64,000 nt of DNA from Candidatus Adlerbacteria bacterium GW2011_GWA1_54_10 (GTDB lineage: Bacteria; Patescibacteriota; Minisyncoccia; Phycocordibacterales; SBAW01), in the NCBI GenBank assembly GCA_001004665.1, contig LCRO01000003.1, forward strand, positions 63,984 through 127,983, written 5' to 3'. Under the pieces are notes generated by a model, which was not told the origin of the DNA, did not search any database, and saw nothing but the letters and a program-made list of their open reading frames with translations. Positions 27,875 through 37,881 of the stretch are shown one piece after another. Position 1 is the stretch's first letter; every line of letters starts with the position of its first letter. A program made the translations under genes and the position numbers.

Positions 27875-30064
27875 ATGGCGCGGAAAAACAGGAAGGACAT
27901 CGCGGCGCTAAATCCGTTAAAAAATATTCCCGAACACACAAAGAAGGCGATCGCAGTTGTGATACTCGTCGTGCTGGGGCTTTTTCTTACTCTTGCGTCC
28001 TTCGATGCGGCGGGCATCGCAGGAAGCGACGCGTACACCCTCTTCGCCTCCCTGCTCGGGGTTGGATACTTCCTTTTGCCGGTCCTGTTTTTTGTTCTTG
28101 CCGCTGCGACGCTTAAAGAAGAGAGGCCGGGATTCTCATTTTTAAAATTATTCGCGAGCGCACTCTTTCTGATTGCCGGGCTTGGATTCGTCGAAGCCGT
28201 GAGCAAAAACGGCGGACTCGTCGGCAGGGCCATAGCAGGGCCCGCGATTTTGTACTTTGATATTTATGCGGCGCTGATAGTGCTCGGCGGACTGCTTATA
28301 GTCGCAATCCTGCTCCTTCTTGAAAGTCGGATCACTCTTGAGCCGCTTGCGAGCTTGTGGAATTTTTTGCGAAAAACGTGGAATGTTTTAACGCACCGGG
28401 AGCAGCCCGCGGCCGGACTTGCGCCGGATGATCAATTGCCTGAAGCGGAGATTGAAGTGACCGAGGATGAGGAAATAATAATAGCGGAGCCGCGGGAGAC
28501 GCCGACCCCGAGGCAGAAATCCGCATTCAGCCTCAAGTCCCTGCTAGACACTTACGTCCCGCCGCCCTTATCGCTGCTCGAGAGGGACCGCGGAAGGCCC
28601 GGCGTCGGCGACATTAAGTCCAATGCCAACATAATAAAGCGCACTCTGCAGAACTTCGGCATTCAGATAGAGCTTGATGAAATTTCGATAGGCCCAAGCG
28701 TCACGCGCTACGCCATCAAGCCCGCCGAGGGCGTGCGCCTGCAGAAAATAGTCTCGCTCCAAAACAATCTGGAGCTCGCTCTGGCCGCGCATCCTGTGCG
28801 CATAGAGGCTCCCATACCCGGCAAGTCGCTGGTCGGCATCGAGGTACCTAATTCCGCCAAAGTTACCGTCGGACTCGGCACACTGCTCGAGTCGCCGCAA
28901 TTCGCGCAGTCGCAAAAGCCGCTTCTTGTCGCGCTCGGGCGCGACATCGCGGGAGGGTCGCACTTCGGCAATCTCGCGCGTATGCCGCACCTTCTTATCG
29001 CGGGCGCCACCGGGTCGGGAAAATCCGTGGCGATACACGGGATAATAAACTCGCTGCTTTACCGCTGCGGCCCCGCGCAATTGCGCATTATCATGATAGA
29101 CCCCAAGCGCGTGGAGCTTACGCTTTATCGCTCTCTTCCCCACCTCCTTACTCCCGTAATAACCGACGCCAAGCGCGCCATCATGGCCCTGCGCTGGGCG
29201 GGAAGGGAGATGGAGAGGCGCTATGTAATCTTAGAGGAGACGCGCGTACGCGATGTCGAGTCGTACCACCAAAATATTCTCGCGCCCGCGGTCGCCAAAG
29301 CAAAGGCCGGTAAAGCGGCGAGCGAAGAAGAAATACCGGAGGCCATGCCCTATATCATCATCGCGATCGACGAACTTGCTGATATCATGCAGACTTACCC
29401 GCGAGAACTCGAGGGGGCTGTGGTGCGACTGGCGCAAATGAGCCGCGCGGTCGGGATACACCTGCTTCTCTCGACCCAGCGCCCTTCGGTCAACGTCATC
29501 ACGGGACTCATCAAAGCGAACATTCCGGCGCGCATCGCGCTCCAGGTCGCATCGCAGTTCGACTCGCGCACGATACTCGACCAGGGTGGCGCGGAGAATC
29601 TACTTGGCAGCGGTGACATGCTCTATCTGGGAGCCGAGATGCAGAAACCCGTGCGCTTGCAGAACGCGTTCATCTCGGAAAAAGAAGTGAAGTCGGTCGT
29701 TGATTTTATAGCGAAGAATAACGAGGCCGAGGTGCCCGTAGAAATAGGCGCGCCTGGACAAAGCGGCGAGGCTAGGGCGCCTGCCCTCCACAGTCTCGAC
29801 GAAGGAGGCTTCGAAGAAGAAATAGACGACGAGTTGTACGAGGCCGCGCGCGCGGCCGTCGTGGAGGCCGGCAAGGCCAGCACATCTTATCTCCAGCGCA
29901 AACTTCGCATAGGCTACGCGCGCGCGGCGCGGATCGTAGACCTCCTCGAGGAGCGCGGGATTGTCGGTCCCGGCGAGGGGGCGAAGCCGAGAGAAATATT
30001 GGAGAGATCAACAGGCGCGACCGATACGGAAACCGCGAAGCAAGAGTTCCTCGCGGAGGAGTAG
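27875..30064 (+). CDS. ftsK: DNA translocase FtsK/SpoIIIE
   Basis: 729 aa; N-terminal TM helices, Walker A GATGSGKS, Walker B IIAIDELAD, C-terminal gamma domain (wHTH). Confidence 0.9.
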   Translation: MARKNRKDIAALNPLKNIPEHTKKAIAVVILVVLGLFLTLASFDAAGIAGSDAYTLFASLLGVGYFLLPVLFFVLAAATLKEERPGFSFLKLFASALFLIAGLGFVEAVSKNGGLVGRAIAGPAILYFDIYAALIVLGGLLIVAILLLLESRITLEPLASLWNFLRKTWNVLTHREQPAAGLAPDDQLPEAEIEVTEDEEIIIAEPRETPTPRQKSAFSLKSLLDTYVPPPLSLLERDRGRPGVGDIKSNANIIKRTLQNFGIQIELDEISIGPSVTRYAIKPAEGVRLQKIVSLQNNLELALAAHPVRIEAPIPGKSLVGIEVPNSAKVTVGLGTLLESPQFAQSQKPLLVALGRDIAGGSHFGNLARMPHLLIAGATGSGKSVAIHGIINSLLYRCGPAQLRIIMIDPKRVELTLYRSLPHLLTPVITDAKRAIMALRWAGREMERRYVILEETRVRDVESYHQNILAPAVAKAKAGKAASEEEIPEAMPYIIIAIDELADIMQTYPRELEGAVVRLAQMSRAVGIHLLLSTQRPSVNVITGLIKANIPARIALQVASQFDSRTILDQGGAENLLGSGDMLYLGAEMQKPVRLQNAFISEKEVKSVVDFIAKNNEAEVPVEIGAPGQSGEARAPALHSLDEGGFEEEIDDELYEAARAAVVEAGKASTSYLQRKLRIGYARAARIVDLLEERGIVGPGEGAKPREILERSTGATDTETAKQEFLAEE

Positions 30065-30071
30065 GGGTTGC

Positions 30072-30443
30072 ATGAAAAAAATAATCATTTTAGTTATTGT
30101 CCTAGTCGTACTATCGTACAGTCTGTTTGAAGCGCGAAAATTGATCGCGGGCCCGCGCATAACGATAGAATCTCCATCAAACGGCACAGCCACTTCGACC
30201 GACCTGGTGCTGGTAAAAGGAGTGGCGGAGAATATAGACTTTTTGACTATAAACGATTCGCCAGCCTATACCGACGAGGAGGGCCGATTTACGTACCGCT
30301 ATTCCCCGCCAGCGGGGTATACTGTGATAGTGGTCGCCGCGGCGGACCGCTTTGGCCGCCGCGCTTCGAGATCGGTCGTCATTACCGTCGTTAACTATTG
30401 CCCGGTCAAAGACCTGACTTTGGCCAAGCAAAAAAATGTTTAA
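30072..30443 (+). CDS. Small membrane-anchored hypothetical protein (Ig-like extracytoplasmic domain)
   Basis: Start trimmed to [16 protein letters not shown] (TM); overlaps recA start by 8 nt. Confidence 0.45.
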   Translation: MKKIIILVIVLVVLSYSLFEARKLIAGPRITIESPSNGTATSTDLVLVKGVAENIDFLTINDSPAYTDEEGRFTYRYSPPAGYTVIVVAAADRFGRRASRSVVITVVNYCPVKDLTLAKQKNV

Positions 30444-31515
30444 AGCAAAAGAGAAGAAGCCCGCAAAAACCATGGCGGCCGCAAAAGACAGCACGGCAAT
30501 AGACGCGGCCATACGCGAGATAAAAACGAAATTCGGCGACGAGGCCATAATGAAGTTGGGCGATGCGCCGAAAGTCGGCGTCGACGCCATTCCCTCCGGC
30601 TCCGTGGGCCTTGACTGGGCGCTTGGTATCGGCGGCTATCCGCGCGGGCGCATCATCGAGATATTCGGTCCCGAGTCATCCGGCAAGACAACTCTCTCGC
30701 TCCACGCCATTGCCGAGGCACAAAAGAAAGGCGGCGTATGCGCTTTTATAGACGCGGAACACGCGCTCGACCCCATGTACGCCGGGAAAATAGGGGTAAA
30801 GCTCGATGAGCTTTTGGTAAGCCAGCCGGACACCGGCGAGCAGGCGCTCGAGATTGTGGAGTCGCTCGTGCGCTCGGGCAAGGTGGACATTATCGTCGTG
30901 GACTCCGTCGCGGCACTGACCCCCAAGGACGAGATAGAGGGCGACATGGGGCAGAGCCATGTCGGCAAGCAGGCGCGCCTAATGTCCCAGGCTCTGCGCA
31001 AGCTGACAGCCATTGTGGCCAAGTCAAAAACGGTCGTCGTATTCATTAACCAGATCCGCATGCAGATAGGCGTGATGTTCGGCAATCCGGAGACAACGCC
31101 GGGCGGAAAGGCTTTGAAGTTTTATACCAGCGTCCGACTCGACATCCGCCGCATCGCGCAGATAAAGAAGGGCGAGGAAGTCGTTGGAGGCAGACACCGC
31201 GTCAAGGTGGTCAAGAACAAGGTGGCGGCCCCATTCCGCAGCGTGGAATTCGACCTTATGTACAACGAGGGCGTCTCGCGCGAGGGCGAGCTTATAGCAC
31301 TCGGCGAAAAACTCGGTGTCATCCAAAAAAGCGGTACGAGCTATTTACTCGGCGAGGAAAAACTTGGCCGCGGCTACGACGCGACCCGCACATTTTTGCG
31401 CGAAAACAAAAAAACGGCGAACGAAATTTTGAAGGAGATCCGCCACGCTCTCGCGGCGAACGCCTCAAGCAAAGGCGCGGCGGGAGGGAGCAGTCCAGAT
31501 GATGTCGAGGAGTAG
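30436..31515 (+). CDS. recA: Recombinase RecA
   Basis: 359 aa; GPESSGKTT Walker A, conserved L1/L2 loop regions. Confidence 0.95.
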   Translation: MFKAKEKKPAKTMAAAKDSTAIDAAIREIKTKFGDEAIMKLGDAPKVGVDAIPSGSVGLDWALGIGGYPRGRIIEIFGPESSGKTTLSLHAIAEAQKKGGVCAFIDAEHALDPMYAGKIGVKLDELLVSQPDTGEQALEIVESLVRSGKVDIIVVDSVAALTPKDEIEGDMGQSHVGKQARLMSQALRKLTAIVAKSKTVVVFINQIRMQIGVMFGNPETTPGGKALKFYTSVRLDIRRIAQIKKGEEVVGGRHRVKVVKNKVAAPFRSVEFDLMYNEGVSREGELIALGEKLGVIQKSGTSYLLGEEKLGRGYDATRTFLRENKKTANEILKEIRHALAANASSKGAAGGSSPDDVEE

Positions 31516-31782
31516 CGATGCCCCGGCCACAACAAGTGCGAGCAGTGTAACCTGCACAAGCGTGTCCGTGTTAAGCACGGCCGAAAAGACGAACCGGAGA
31601 GAGTTGCGCAACCCCGCCGCCTCCAAATTTTCGAATACCCGCGCCACCCACACCAGCCGCCCCAGCCCCCAGAACGAGAGCATGCATATATAGAGTTTAA
31701 GTGCAAACGGGCTAACAAGCCGGCGCGCGGCGTAGATAACCGCGACCGACGCCATAACCTGCCGTTCTATCTTGCTCGCCAT
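31465..31782 (-). CDS. Small membrane protein, candidate anti-sigma factor (by position downstream of ECF sigma gene)
   Basis: 105 aa, 2-3 TM helices; start 2 nt after sigma gene stop; no zf-HC2 motif seen. Confidence 0.35.
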   Translation of the reverse strand: MASKIERQVMASVAVIYAARRLVSPFALKLYICMLSFWGLGRLVWVARVFENLEAAGLRNSLRFVFSAVLNTDTLVQVTLLALVVAGASLLLDIIWTAPSRRAFA

Positions 31783-31783
31783 A

Positions 31784-32401
31784 CTATATATTAGTGGTTA
31801 CCTGCTGATAAATTTTCCTGAATTCTTTTTTCGCGCGGTGCACTCGGGTTTTTATAGCGCCCACTGACAATCCCTCCTCGCACGCTATCTCTTCCTGCGA
31901 TTTTCCTTCCATAAAAAACGCGTTGAGCACACGGGCGAACGGCGACGGCATCCGCGACAGCACCGACGCCGCCATGTCCTCCAGCTCTTTCTTCTCGAAC
32001 TGCCGGAGGTTGCGGTCCGGAATGAGCGCCCATATCTCCTCGTCCAGCTCCGCCGTATGGGCTCTCTCGCGCTTTATCTTGGCGTAATGCGTCAGCGCGG
32101 TATTGATGAGAATGCGGTACCCCCACGAAGAGAAGCTCGCCCCATCCTGCTTTTTGAACTTACCCGCATTGAGGTAAATTTTGGTAAAGGCCTCCTGGAC
32201 GACGTCCTCCGCGGCATCGCGCCGCCGCACGATGGAGAGAGCTTTCCGCAAAAATGGCCCCTCATATTTGCGGACAATCTGCGCAAAAAGCGACGGATGC
32301 GAAACGGAAAGTGCCAAAATCTCTTCGTCCGACTCGCTCTTGCGAGAAGGGTCGGAACGTACTTCCTCATCCGTAAGATATTCCATGGCCACAGGATACA
32401 C
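31784..32401 (-). CDS. RNA polymerase sigma-70 family, ECF subfamily
   Basis: 205 aa; region 2 (DVVQEAFTKIY) and region 4 HTH (EGLSVGAIKTRVHRAKKEFRK). Confidence 0.85.
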   Translation of the reverse strand: MYPVAMEYLTDEEVRSDPSRKSESDEEILALSVSHPSLFAQIVRKYEGPFLRKALSIVRRRDAAEDVVQEAFTKIYLNAGKFKKQDGASFSSWGYRILINTALTHYAKIKRERAHTAELDEEIWALIPDRNLRQFEKKELEDMAASVLSRMPSPFARVLNAFFMEGKSQEEIACEEGLSVGAIKTRVHRAKKEFRKIYQQVTTNI

Positions 32402-32450
32402 CGTCAGACCCGGCCTTTACAACTGCCGGAGAAAACCGGAGGTTTCCGGA

Positions 32451-32906
32451 TTATTTCTCTTCAATATTCACCTCAACCGAAATTCCGTTTATGGTGAGTC
32501 CATCGAATACAGGCGCATTATCCGATTTTGAATCGGCAAACGACACGGAAAACGTTCTTCCAATTTCGCCGGAGTTATTGCAGCCCGACTTAGGCAAAAA
32601 TACTAGTCGTACTTGAACGCGCGCCGGTTCGGAGCCTACGGTGCGAAGGCCTGCGCTTAGGTCATTGCATGCCGGAGTGTTCACGACTCCGGAATACTTA
32701 TGTACTCCATTTGAAACCGAGTGTTCGATGAAAATAGGCGTCTGCTGGAGTTTCAGCATCGGATCTTCCGTTTCTGTCCCGGGCTGCGGCCGCAAGAAAG
32801 AGAAGTATGGCCCTGGAAAACCGATTAACGCAGAAGCCGCTCCCCATGCGACGTATACGGCAAGAGCGATAAAAATACCTGCGGCTATTTTTCCGGCTCT
32901 GCTCAT
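32451..32906 (-). CDS. Hypothetical membrane-anchored extracytoplasmic protein (first gene of the ECF sigma operon)
   Basis: Start trimmed to MSRAGKIAAGIFIALAVYVAWG (TM). ORF track start 33113 overlaps divergent gene. Confidence 0.4.
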   Translation of the reverse strand: MSRAGKIAAGIFIALAVYVAWGAASALIGFPGPYFSFLRPQPGTETEDPMLKLQQTPIFIEHSVSNGVHKYSGVVNTPACNDLSAGLRTVGSEPARVQVRLVFLPKSGCNNSGEIGRTFSVSFADSKSDNAPVFDGLTINGISVEVNIEEK

Positions 32907-33009
32907 TGCGGTAAGTGTACACCTTTCTAAAATGCGGGACACATCCCTATCAACAATGCTTGCGCCGCCGCCCGATTCCGAGTGTATACTTAAAACCGCA
33001 GACAGTTTT

Positions 33010-35100
33010 ATGAACTTATCTCCAGAGAGCTTGCGAACACTTTCGGGCTTGTGTGCCTCTGCCGCGGTGCTTGTGGGAATTACCGTACTTATAAGCGGAG
33101 ACCGGCCATTCACGATGGTACCGCCGGTTATGCCTCCCGCTATGCAGAATTCGGCAAATGCTTTCGCACCCGCGCAGTTGGTAGCTTCTCAAACCCAAAC
33201 CGCCGGCTGGTTTTCTGATTTTTTTGGCGGTAATAATCTTACCGTCTATGTCTGGCCTTCGGCGACATCGCCGGTTGTGCAAGGGCAGAACACGACCCTT
33301 ACATGGCAAGCCCTTAATGCCGATTACTGCACCTACTACGGGGCTCCGCCGGGGGGAACGTACTACACGCCGAACTATACGCCAATATCAGTAAGCGTCG
33401 GGCCTATCGACCAGGACGTTACTCTACTCGTATACTGCGTCAATACCGGGCCATGGAATACCGGCTATGGATCCGGCAGTGCGAGTGTGCATATCGTGTG
33501 CCCCGATGGATATACCTCCTCATATGAAACGATACCGACAGACGATTGGGGAGGCGGGGAGTGGGGTCCGTCTCAAATATTGACCTGTACGCCCCCCGCA
33601 GAACCTTCACTGCAATTATGGCCGGACAACAGCAATCTCCCGTACAACGGCTCGACGGGCGTCCACTGGCGCACACAGAATGCCGGCAATTGCCACGTCG
33701 CCGGTCCGGGAACGGATTGGGGTGGCGCGAACGGCGACCAGTCTACGCCGGCGCTCGCGCAGTACACGACCTATACCCTTTCGTGCGACAACGGTTCGCA
33801 ATCTATAGGTATCAATGTCGCGCCGCCACCGGGCGCGCCGAACGCGACTATTGGCGCGGATTCGACGAATATTTACGTTGGCCAGTCTGTCGGTATCCAT
33901 GCGGACTTTGCGGCAGGTTCCGGAGATTCGATGAACGGAAGCGCCATAAACCAGCCCGCAAATATCAGTGTTACCAATACCAATCCCGATTCGCATAAGG
34001 ATTACACTTTCACACCGGCCTCGCCCGGCGCATATGTCTTTACCGCGTGGGTGCTGACTCCTCTATACGCCTGGAACTCGTACGCTTCAATTGTGGTCAA
34101 TGTGAGCGAAGTGCCGTCATGCGGTAACGGCCTCGATATAAATGTATATCCAAGCTGTTCCTGCCCAAGCGGGCAAGTGCAGAATGGGAGCTTCTGCGAG
34201 CCGCCGCCATCCTGCCAGAACGGCCTCGATATCAACTCCTACCCAAGCTGTACATGTCCTAGCGGGCAATATCAAAACGGGAATTCCTGCTCAGCGATAA
34301 CGGCGCCGACCGCGATAATTTCCTCCGACTCGCCGACCATCCACGTCGGTGAGTCGACGACTATACATGCGAATTTTCAGATAGGACAAGGCGACTCGTT
34401 CACCGGCACGAATATAGACCAGCCGGAGGGACACGGTGTCGGCACAGGCGGAACGGCAACACAGCAGACATATACATTCGCACCAACCGCTGGCGGAGAC
34501 TATACTTTTTACGCGCGCGCAGCGACGGCGAATTACGGATGGCAGAGCTACGCAAACGCGACAGTGCATGTCATAAGCGTGCCGCCCGTCTGCACCGGCA
34601 ACTATTGCGATATCATTGTCGACCCGGTTGAGCCAGTTCTACCGGGTACGCCTGTCACCGTGCAGTGGACATGCAACCCGTTATCTTATTCTTCGTCTGA
34701 AGGGGGCGGCTTCTCGACTGGGGGCGCTCTGCAAGGCTCGACATTCGCAAATCCAATCGCCAACACAACCTATGTACTTAACTGCGTTGCCCCGGGCGGC
34801 TCGCGCACTCTGGCAAGCGCCGTCGTTACAGTGTTGCAACCCAACTTAAATATCTCCGCGGACCCGCCGCGAGTTCAGAGCGGCAATTCGAGCACTATTA
34901 CGTGGTCCGCAACGAACGTAAACGCAAATTCCTGCGCTGTAACGTCAAACCCGGCCGGCTTCTCCCGCAGTGGCTTGTCGGACAGCGGCATCGCGAGTAT
35001 AACTTCACAAACTGTTTTTACACTGCGTTGTATGGTGCCGGCGGGCCCGGTCAGTAAGACGACAACCGTAACTCTGGTCCCGTCGTACGAGGAAATATAG
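33010..35100 (+). CDS. Large secreted/surface protein with repeated Ig-like modules and tandem Cys-rich (CxCPSGQxQNGxxC) motifs
   Basis: Start trimmed to MNLSPESLRTLSGLCASAAVLVGITVLI (TM/signal). Repeated ...IHADF..G.GDS..G..I.QP... modules; two tandem 6-Cys repeats at aa ~495-560. Confidence 0.55.
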   Translation: MNLSPESLRTLSGLCASAAVLVGITVLISGDRPFTMVPPVMPPAMQNSANAFAPAQLVASQTQTAGWFSDFFGGNNLTVYVWPSATSPVVQGQNTTLTWQALNADYCTYYGAPPGGTYYTPNYTPISVSVGPIDQDVTLLVYCVNTGPWNTGYGSGSASVHIVCPDGYTSSYETIPTDDWGGGEWGPSQILTCTPPAEPSLQLWPDNSNLPYNGSTGVHWRTQNAGNCHVAGPGTDWGGANGDQSTPALAQYTTYTLSCDNGSQSIGINVAPPPGAPNATIGADSTNIYVGQSVGIHADFAAGSGDSMNGSAINQPANISVTNTNPDSHKDYTFTPASPGAYVFTAWVLTPLYAWNSYASIVVNVSEVPSCGNGLDINVYPSCSCPSGQVQNGSFCEPPPSCQNGLDINSYPSCTCPSGQYQNGNSCSAITAPTAIISSDSPTIHVGESTTIHANFQIGQGDSFTGTNIDQPEGHGVGTGGTATQQTYTFAPTAGGDYTFYARAATANYGWQSYANATVHVISVPPVCTGNYCDIIVDPVEPVLPGTPVTVQWTCNPLSYSSSEGGGFSTGGALQGSTFANPIANTTYVLNCVAPGGSRTLASAVVTVLQPNLNISADPPRVQSGNSSTITWSATNVNANSCAVTSNPAGFSRSGLSDSGIASITSQTVFTLRCMVPAGPVSKTTTVTLVPSYEEI

Positions 35101-35178
35101 ACATCTTCGTTTTGTGAAGGTAAACTGCCTTTGCGCCCCGGCACCGGGCCAAATTTTTTACCATTGCCAAGCGAAGAT

Positions 35179-35748
35179 ATGCTCGAGTACAACGAAATAC
35201 TTCCCAAAAAAATAATTCTGCAAAGCGGCGAGCCGTACGAAGTGCTCGACGCGCACGTGTTCCGCAAACAACAGCGCAAGCCCGTCAATCAAACTAAGCT
35301 ACGTCACCTTATAACCGGCAAGGTCACCGAGCAGGCTTTTCATGTGTCAGATAAAGTCGAGGAGGCGGATCTTTCGACCAAGTCGGTTAAATTCCTATAC
35401 GCCAATCGGGGCGAGTTTTGGTTCTGCGCGCCGGATAAACCCGCAGACCGCTTTTCACTGCCGGAAGAAATCGCGGGATCGGCTGGAAAGTTTTTGAAGG
35501 CGGGCTCAACCGTAGACGCGCTCGTGTTCGACGAGCGCGTTATCTCCCTGCGCGTGCCCATAAAGGTCGAACTGCTCGTCAAAGATGCGCCGCCCGCGGT
35601 TAAAGGCGATACGCGTCAAGGCGGCAGCAAACAAATTATTCTGGAGACAGGCGCAACGGTCCAAGCCCCGCTCTTTATAAACGAAGGCGATCTTGTTCGC
35701 GTCAACACGCAAACCGGCGAGTACGTCGAGAGGGTGGATAAAAAGTAA
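35179..35748 (+). CDS. efp: Elongation factor P
   Basis: 189 aa from MLEYNEILPKK; KPGKGQAF-like region replaced by KPVNQTKLRHL; three OB-domain architecture. Confidence 0.85.
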   Translation: MLEYNEILPKKIILQSGEPYEVLDAHVFRKQQRKPVNQTKLRHLITGKVTEQAFHVSDKVEEADLSTKSVKFLYANRGEFWFCAPDKPADRFSLPEEIAGSAGKFLKAGSTVDALVFDERVISLRVPIKVELLVKDAPPAVKGDTRQGGSKQIILETGATVQAPLFINEGDLVRVNTQTGEYVERVDKK

Positions 35749-35802
35749 GGCGGAGTAAAACAAGCCGAGACGAGCATTGCGAGACTTGGTTTTACGAAGT
35801 CT

Positions 35803-36024
35803 TTACCGAACAATGTACGGCAACAGTGCCATGAAGCGGGCGCGCTTTACGGCCTGCGCGAGGGCGCGCTGGTTCAAAGCCGTGAGTCCCGTGCGGCGGC
35901 GCGGCATTATCTTGCCGTGCGGGTTTAAAAACTTTTTCAGCGTCTCAACGTCTTTGTAATCTATTCTCTGAAACTGGGCCACGTATTCTTTCATGTTTGG
36001 TATCTGGAATTTGTTATTTGACAC
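35803..36024 (-). CDS. rpsR: 30S ribosomal protein S18
   Basis: 73 aa; [21 protein letters not shown] conserved. Confidence 0.9.
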   Translation of the reverse strand: MSNNKFQIPNMKEYVAQFQRIDYKDVETLKKFLNPHGKIMPRRRTGLTALNQRALAQAVKRARFMALLPYIVR

Positions 36025-36034
36025 TTTCTTTCGC

Positions 36035-36466
36035 CTAGAAAGGTATATCGTCAGGATTAATATCTTCTTCCGGATACTCGATTGTCTCCTCTTTCGGCGC
36101 TTTCTGCGGAGCCTCTTCCACCGTGCGCGGGCCGGACCCTCCTGGGCGCGGGCCGAACTGCACTCGCTCGGCTATTATCTCGGTTTTGTACTGCTTGCCC
36201 TTTTCCCCCTCCCATGTGCGTGTCTGGAGGCGGCCCTCCACGTAGGCGGAGCTGCCTTTTTTAAGGTATTGGGCGCAGGTTTCCGCCTGCCGGCCGAAGA
36301 CGACTATATTGTGAAATTCCGTCTGCTCCGCCTTGGTGCCGTCGGCCTTTTTATAGACGCGATTGGTCGCAAGCCCGAAAGAGCAGACCTGCCCGCCGCT
36401 CGGGAGAGCGCGCGCTTCCGGATCGCGAGTCAGGTTCCCAAACACCATTGCCTTATTGAGATACAT
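36035..36466 (-). CDS. ssb: Single-stranded DNA-binding protein
   Basis: 143 aa; OB fold ([14 protein letters not shown]...), acidic C-terminal tail DDIPF. Confidence 0.9.
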   Translation of the reverse strand: MYLNKAMVFGNLTRDPEARALPSGGQVCSFGLATNRVYKKADGTKAEQTEFHNIVVFGRQAETCAQYLKKGSSAYVEGRLQTRTWEGEKGKQYKTEIIAERVQFGPRPGGSGPRTVEEAPQKAPKEETIEYPEEDINPDDIPF

Positions 36467-36567
36467 GGTAATTAAAGTATCAAATTACAAATAACAAATG
36501 TCAAACAAGTTATTAAGCGGCAAAGTCATAAGTATTTTATCGATATTTGATGGCTGATACTTGTTAC

Positions 36568-37134
36568 TTACTCAGTAAGAGCTTCCAAACTCTTATCAAG
36601 TTCCTCCTCGGACACTTCTCCGCCCTTCTCCGCCTCGCGCTTGGGAGCCTCGATGGTCTGCCCTTCCAGCCTATCGGAGGCGAAGACAGCGCGGCGCGGT
36701 GCCTGCGCGACATCGGTGCGCTCTGTTTTAACGATTATGAAGCGGAAAATTTCTTTCATGCTACCGAGCTTCTCTTTGAGCGAAGCCGCGCTCTCGCGCT
36801 CCATGGCGAATTTTATCCAGCCGAAATAACTTTCGGAAAACTTCTCGCGCTTGCCTTGGCCGGAGCGCTCCACCGTGTACGCCAACCGCATTTTCCGAGG
36901 AGAACCCTCGGAAATAAATTCCGCATCGCCGATCGCCGCGCGAACTTTTTCCACCACCACCGCAGTGGCGTTGTCGTCTCCGACCTGTGGCACTATATGA
37001 AACCCGACCTCGTACACGGGTCGTTTTTCTGCATTGTCCTCCACATCCTTGACGACGGGTGACAATTCCGCTTGGGTAAGTCCCTCCTCGGGACGCGGCT
37101 CTTCTGCCATGCACGGCACTTTATCATGGTGCAC
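36568..37134 (-). CDS. rpsF: 30S ribosomal protein S6 with N- and acidic C-terminal extensions
   Basis: S6 core RPVYEVGFHIVPQ...; classic rpsF-ssb-rpsR order; start uncertain. Confidence 0.75.
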   Translation of the reverse strand: MHHDKVPCMAEEPRPEEGLTQAELSPVVKDVEDNAEKRPVYEVGFHIVPQVGDDNATAVVVEKVRAAIGDAEFISEGSPRKMRLAYTVERSGQGKREKFSESYFGWIKFAMERESAASLKEKLGSMKEIFRFIIVKTERTDVAQAPRRAVFASDRLEGQTIEAPKREAEKGGEVSEEELDKSLEALTE

Positions 37135-37137
37135 TTC

Positions 37138-37881
37138 TTACTGCAACCCGAAGACCTCTTGGGTATTTTCAACGATTCTGGAGGACATTTCTTTCAGAGG
37201 TATTCCTCTTGTTTCGGCGATTTTTTTGACTACCTCCTCAACATATATGGGTTCGTTGCGCACTCCGCGGTGCGGCACCGGCGCGGCGAAAGGAGCGTCG
37301 GTTTCGGCAAGGATTTTATCCATCGGTGTCACGCGGATACTTTCGTCGTACATGTCGGTAAAAGTAATAGGCCCGGGAAAGGAAATGTGACATCCTAATT
37401 CCAGATATTTTTGCGCCAATTCCGCAGTGCCGGTAAAAAAATGCATCACCACCGGCACGCTTATTCTAGTTTTTTGCAAAATACTAGAACAATCCTCGTG
37501 CGCGTTCCTACAGTGTACAATCAGTGGCTTACGCAATTTTTCTGCGAGTTTGATCTGCGCTTCAAATTTTGAATTTTGATCTTTGTCTTTTGATCTAAAG
37601 TAGTCCAACCCGCATTCCCCTATCGCGACCACTTTTGGGTCCTGTGCGAGCTCCTCATATTTTGATACGTCATAACTTTCTTCGTCATTAGGGTGCAGAC
37701 CGACCGAAGCCCAAATAAAATCATGCCGCCGCGCAAGCTCGAGGCCCGTCTTGCTCGTCTCATAGTTTGTTCCTACGACTATAGCGCCCATATCAAGATC
37801 CCGCATCCGCGTGAGCACCTTCTCCCTGTCCGCATCGTATTGCTGGAACTGCAAATGGCAATGCGCGTCAAAAAATTTCAT
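37138..37881 (-). CDS. tatD: TatD-family metal-dependent DNase/hydrolase
   Basis: 247 aa; FDAHCHL, ...AIGECGLDY..., HCR..., ETDAP motifs. Confidence 0.85.
   Translation of the reverse strand: MKFFDAHCHLQFQQYDADREKVLTRMRDLDMGAIVVGTNYETSKTGLELARRHDFIWASVGLHPNDEESYDVSKYEELAQDPKVVAIGECGLDYFRSKDKDQNSKFEAQIKLAEKLRKPLIVHCRNAHEDCSSILQKTRISVPVVMHFFTGTAELAQKYLELGCHISFPGPITFTDMYDESIRVTPMDKILAETDAPFAAPVPHRGVRNEPIYVEEVVKKIAETRGIPLKEMSSRIVENTQEVFGLQ

Noticed and set aside
32641-33009. First 123 codons of ORF 32641-35100
   Set aside because: This part overlaps the oppositely oriented membrane-protein gene and has no signal/TM character. The plausible start is the downstream Met (33010) preceding a hydrophobic signal segment.
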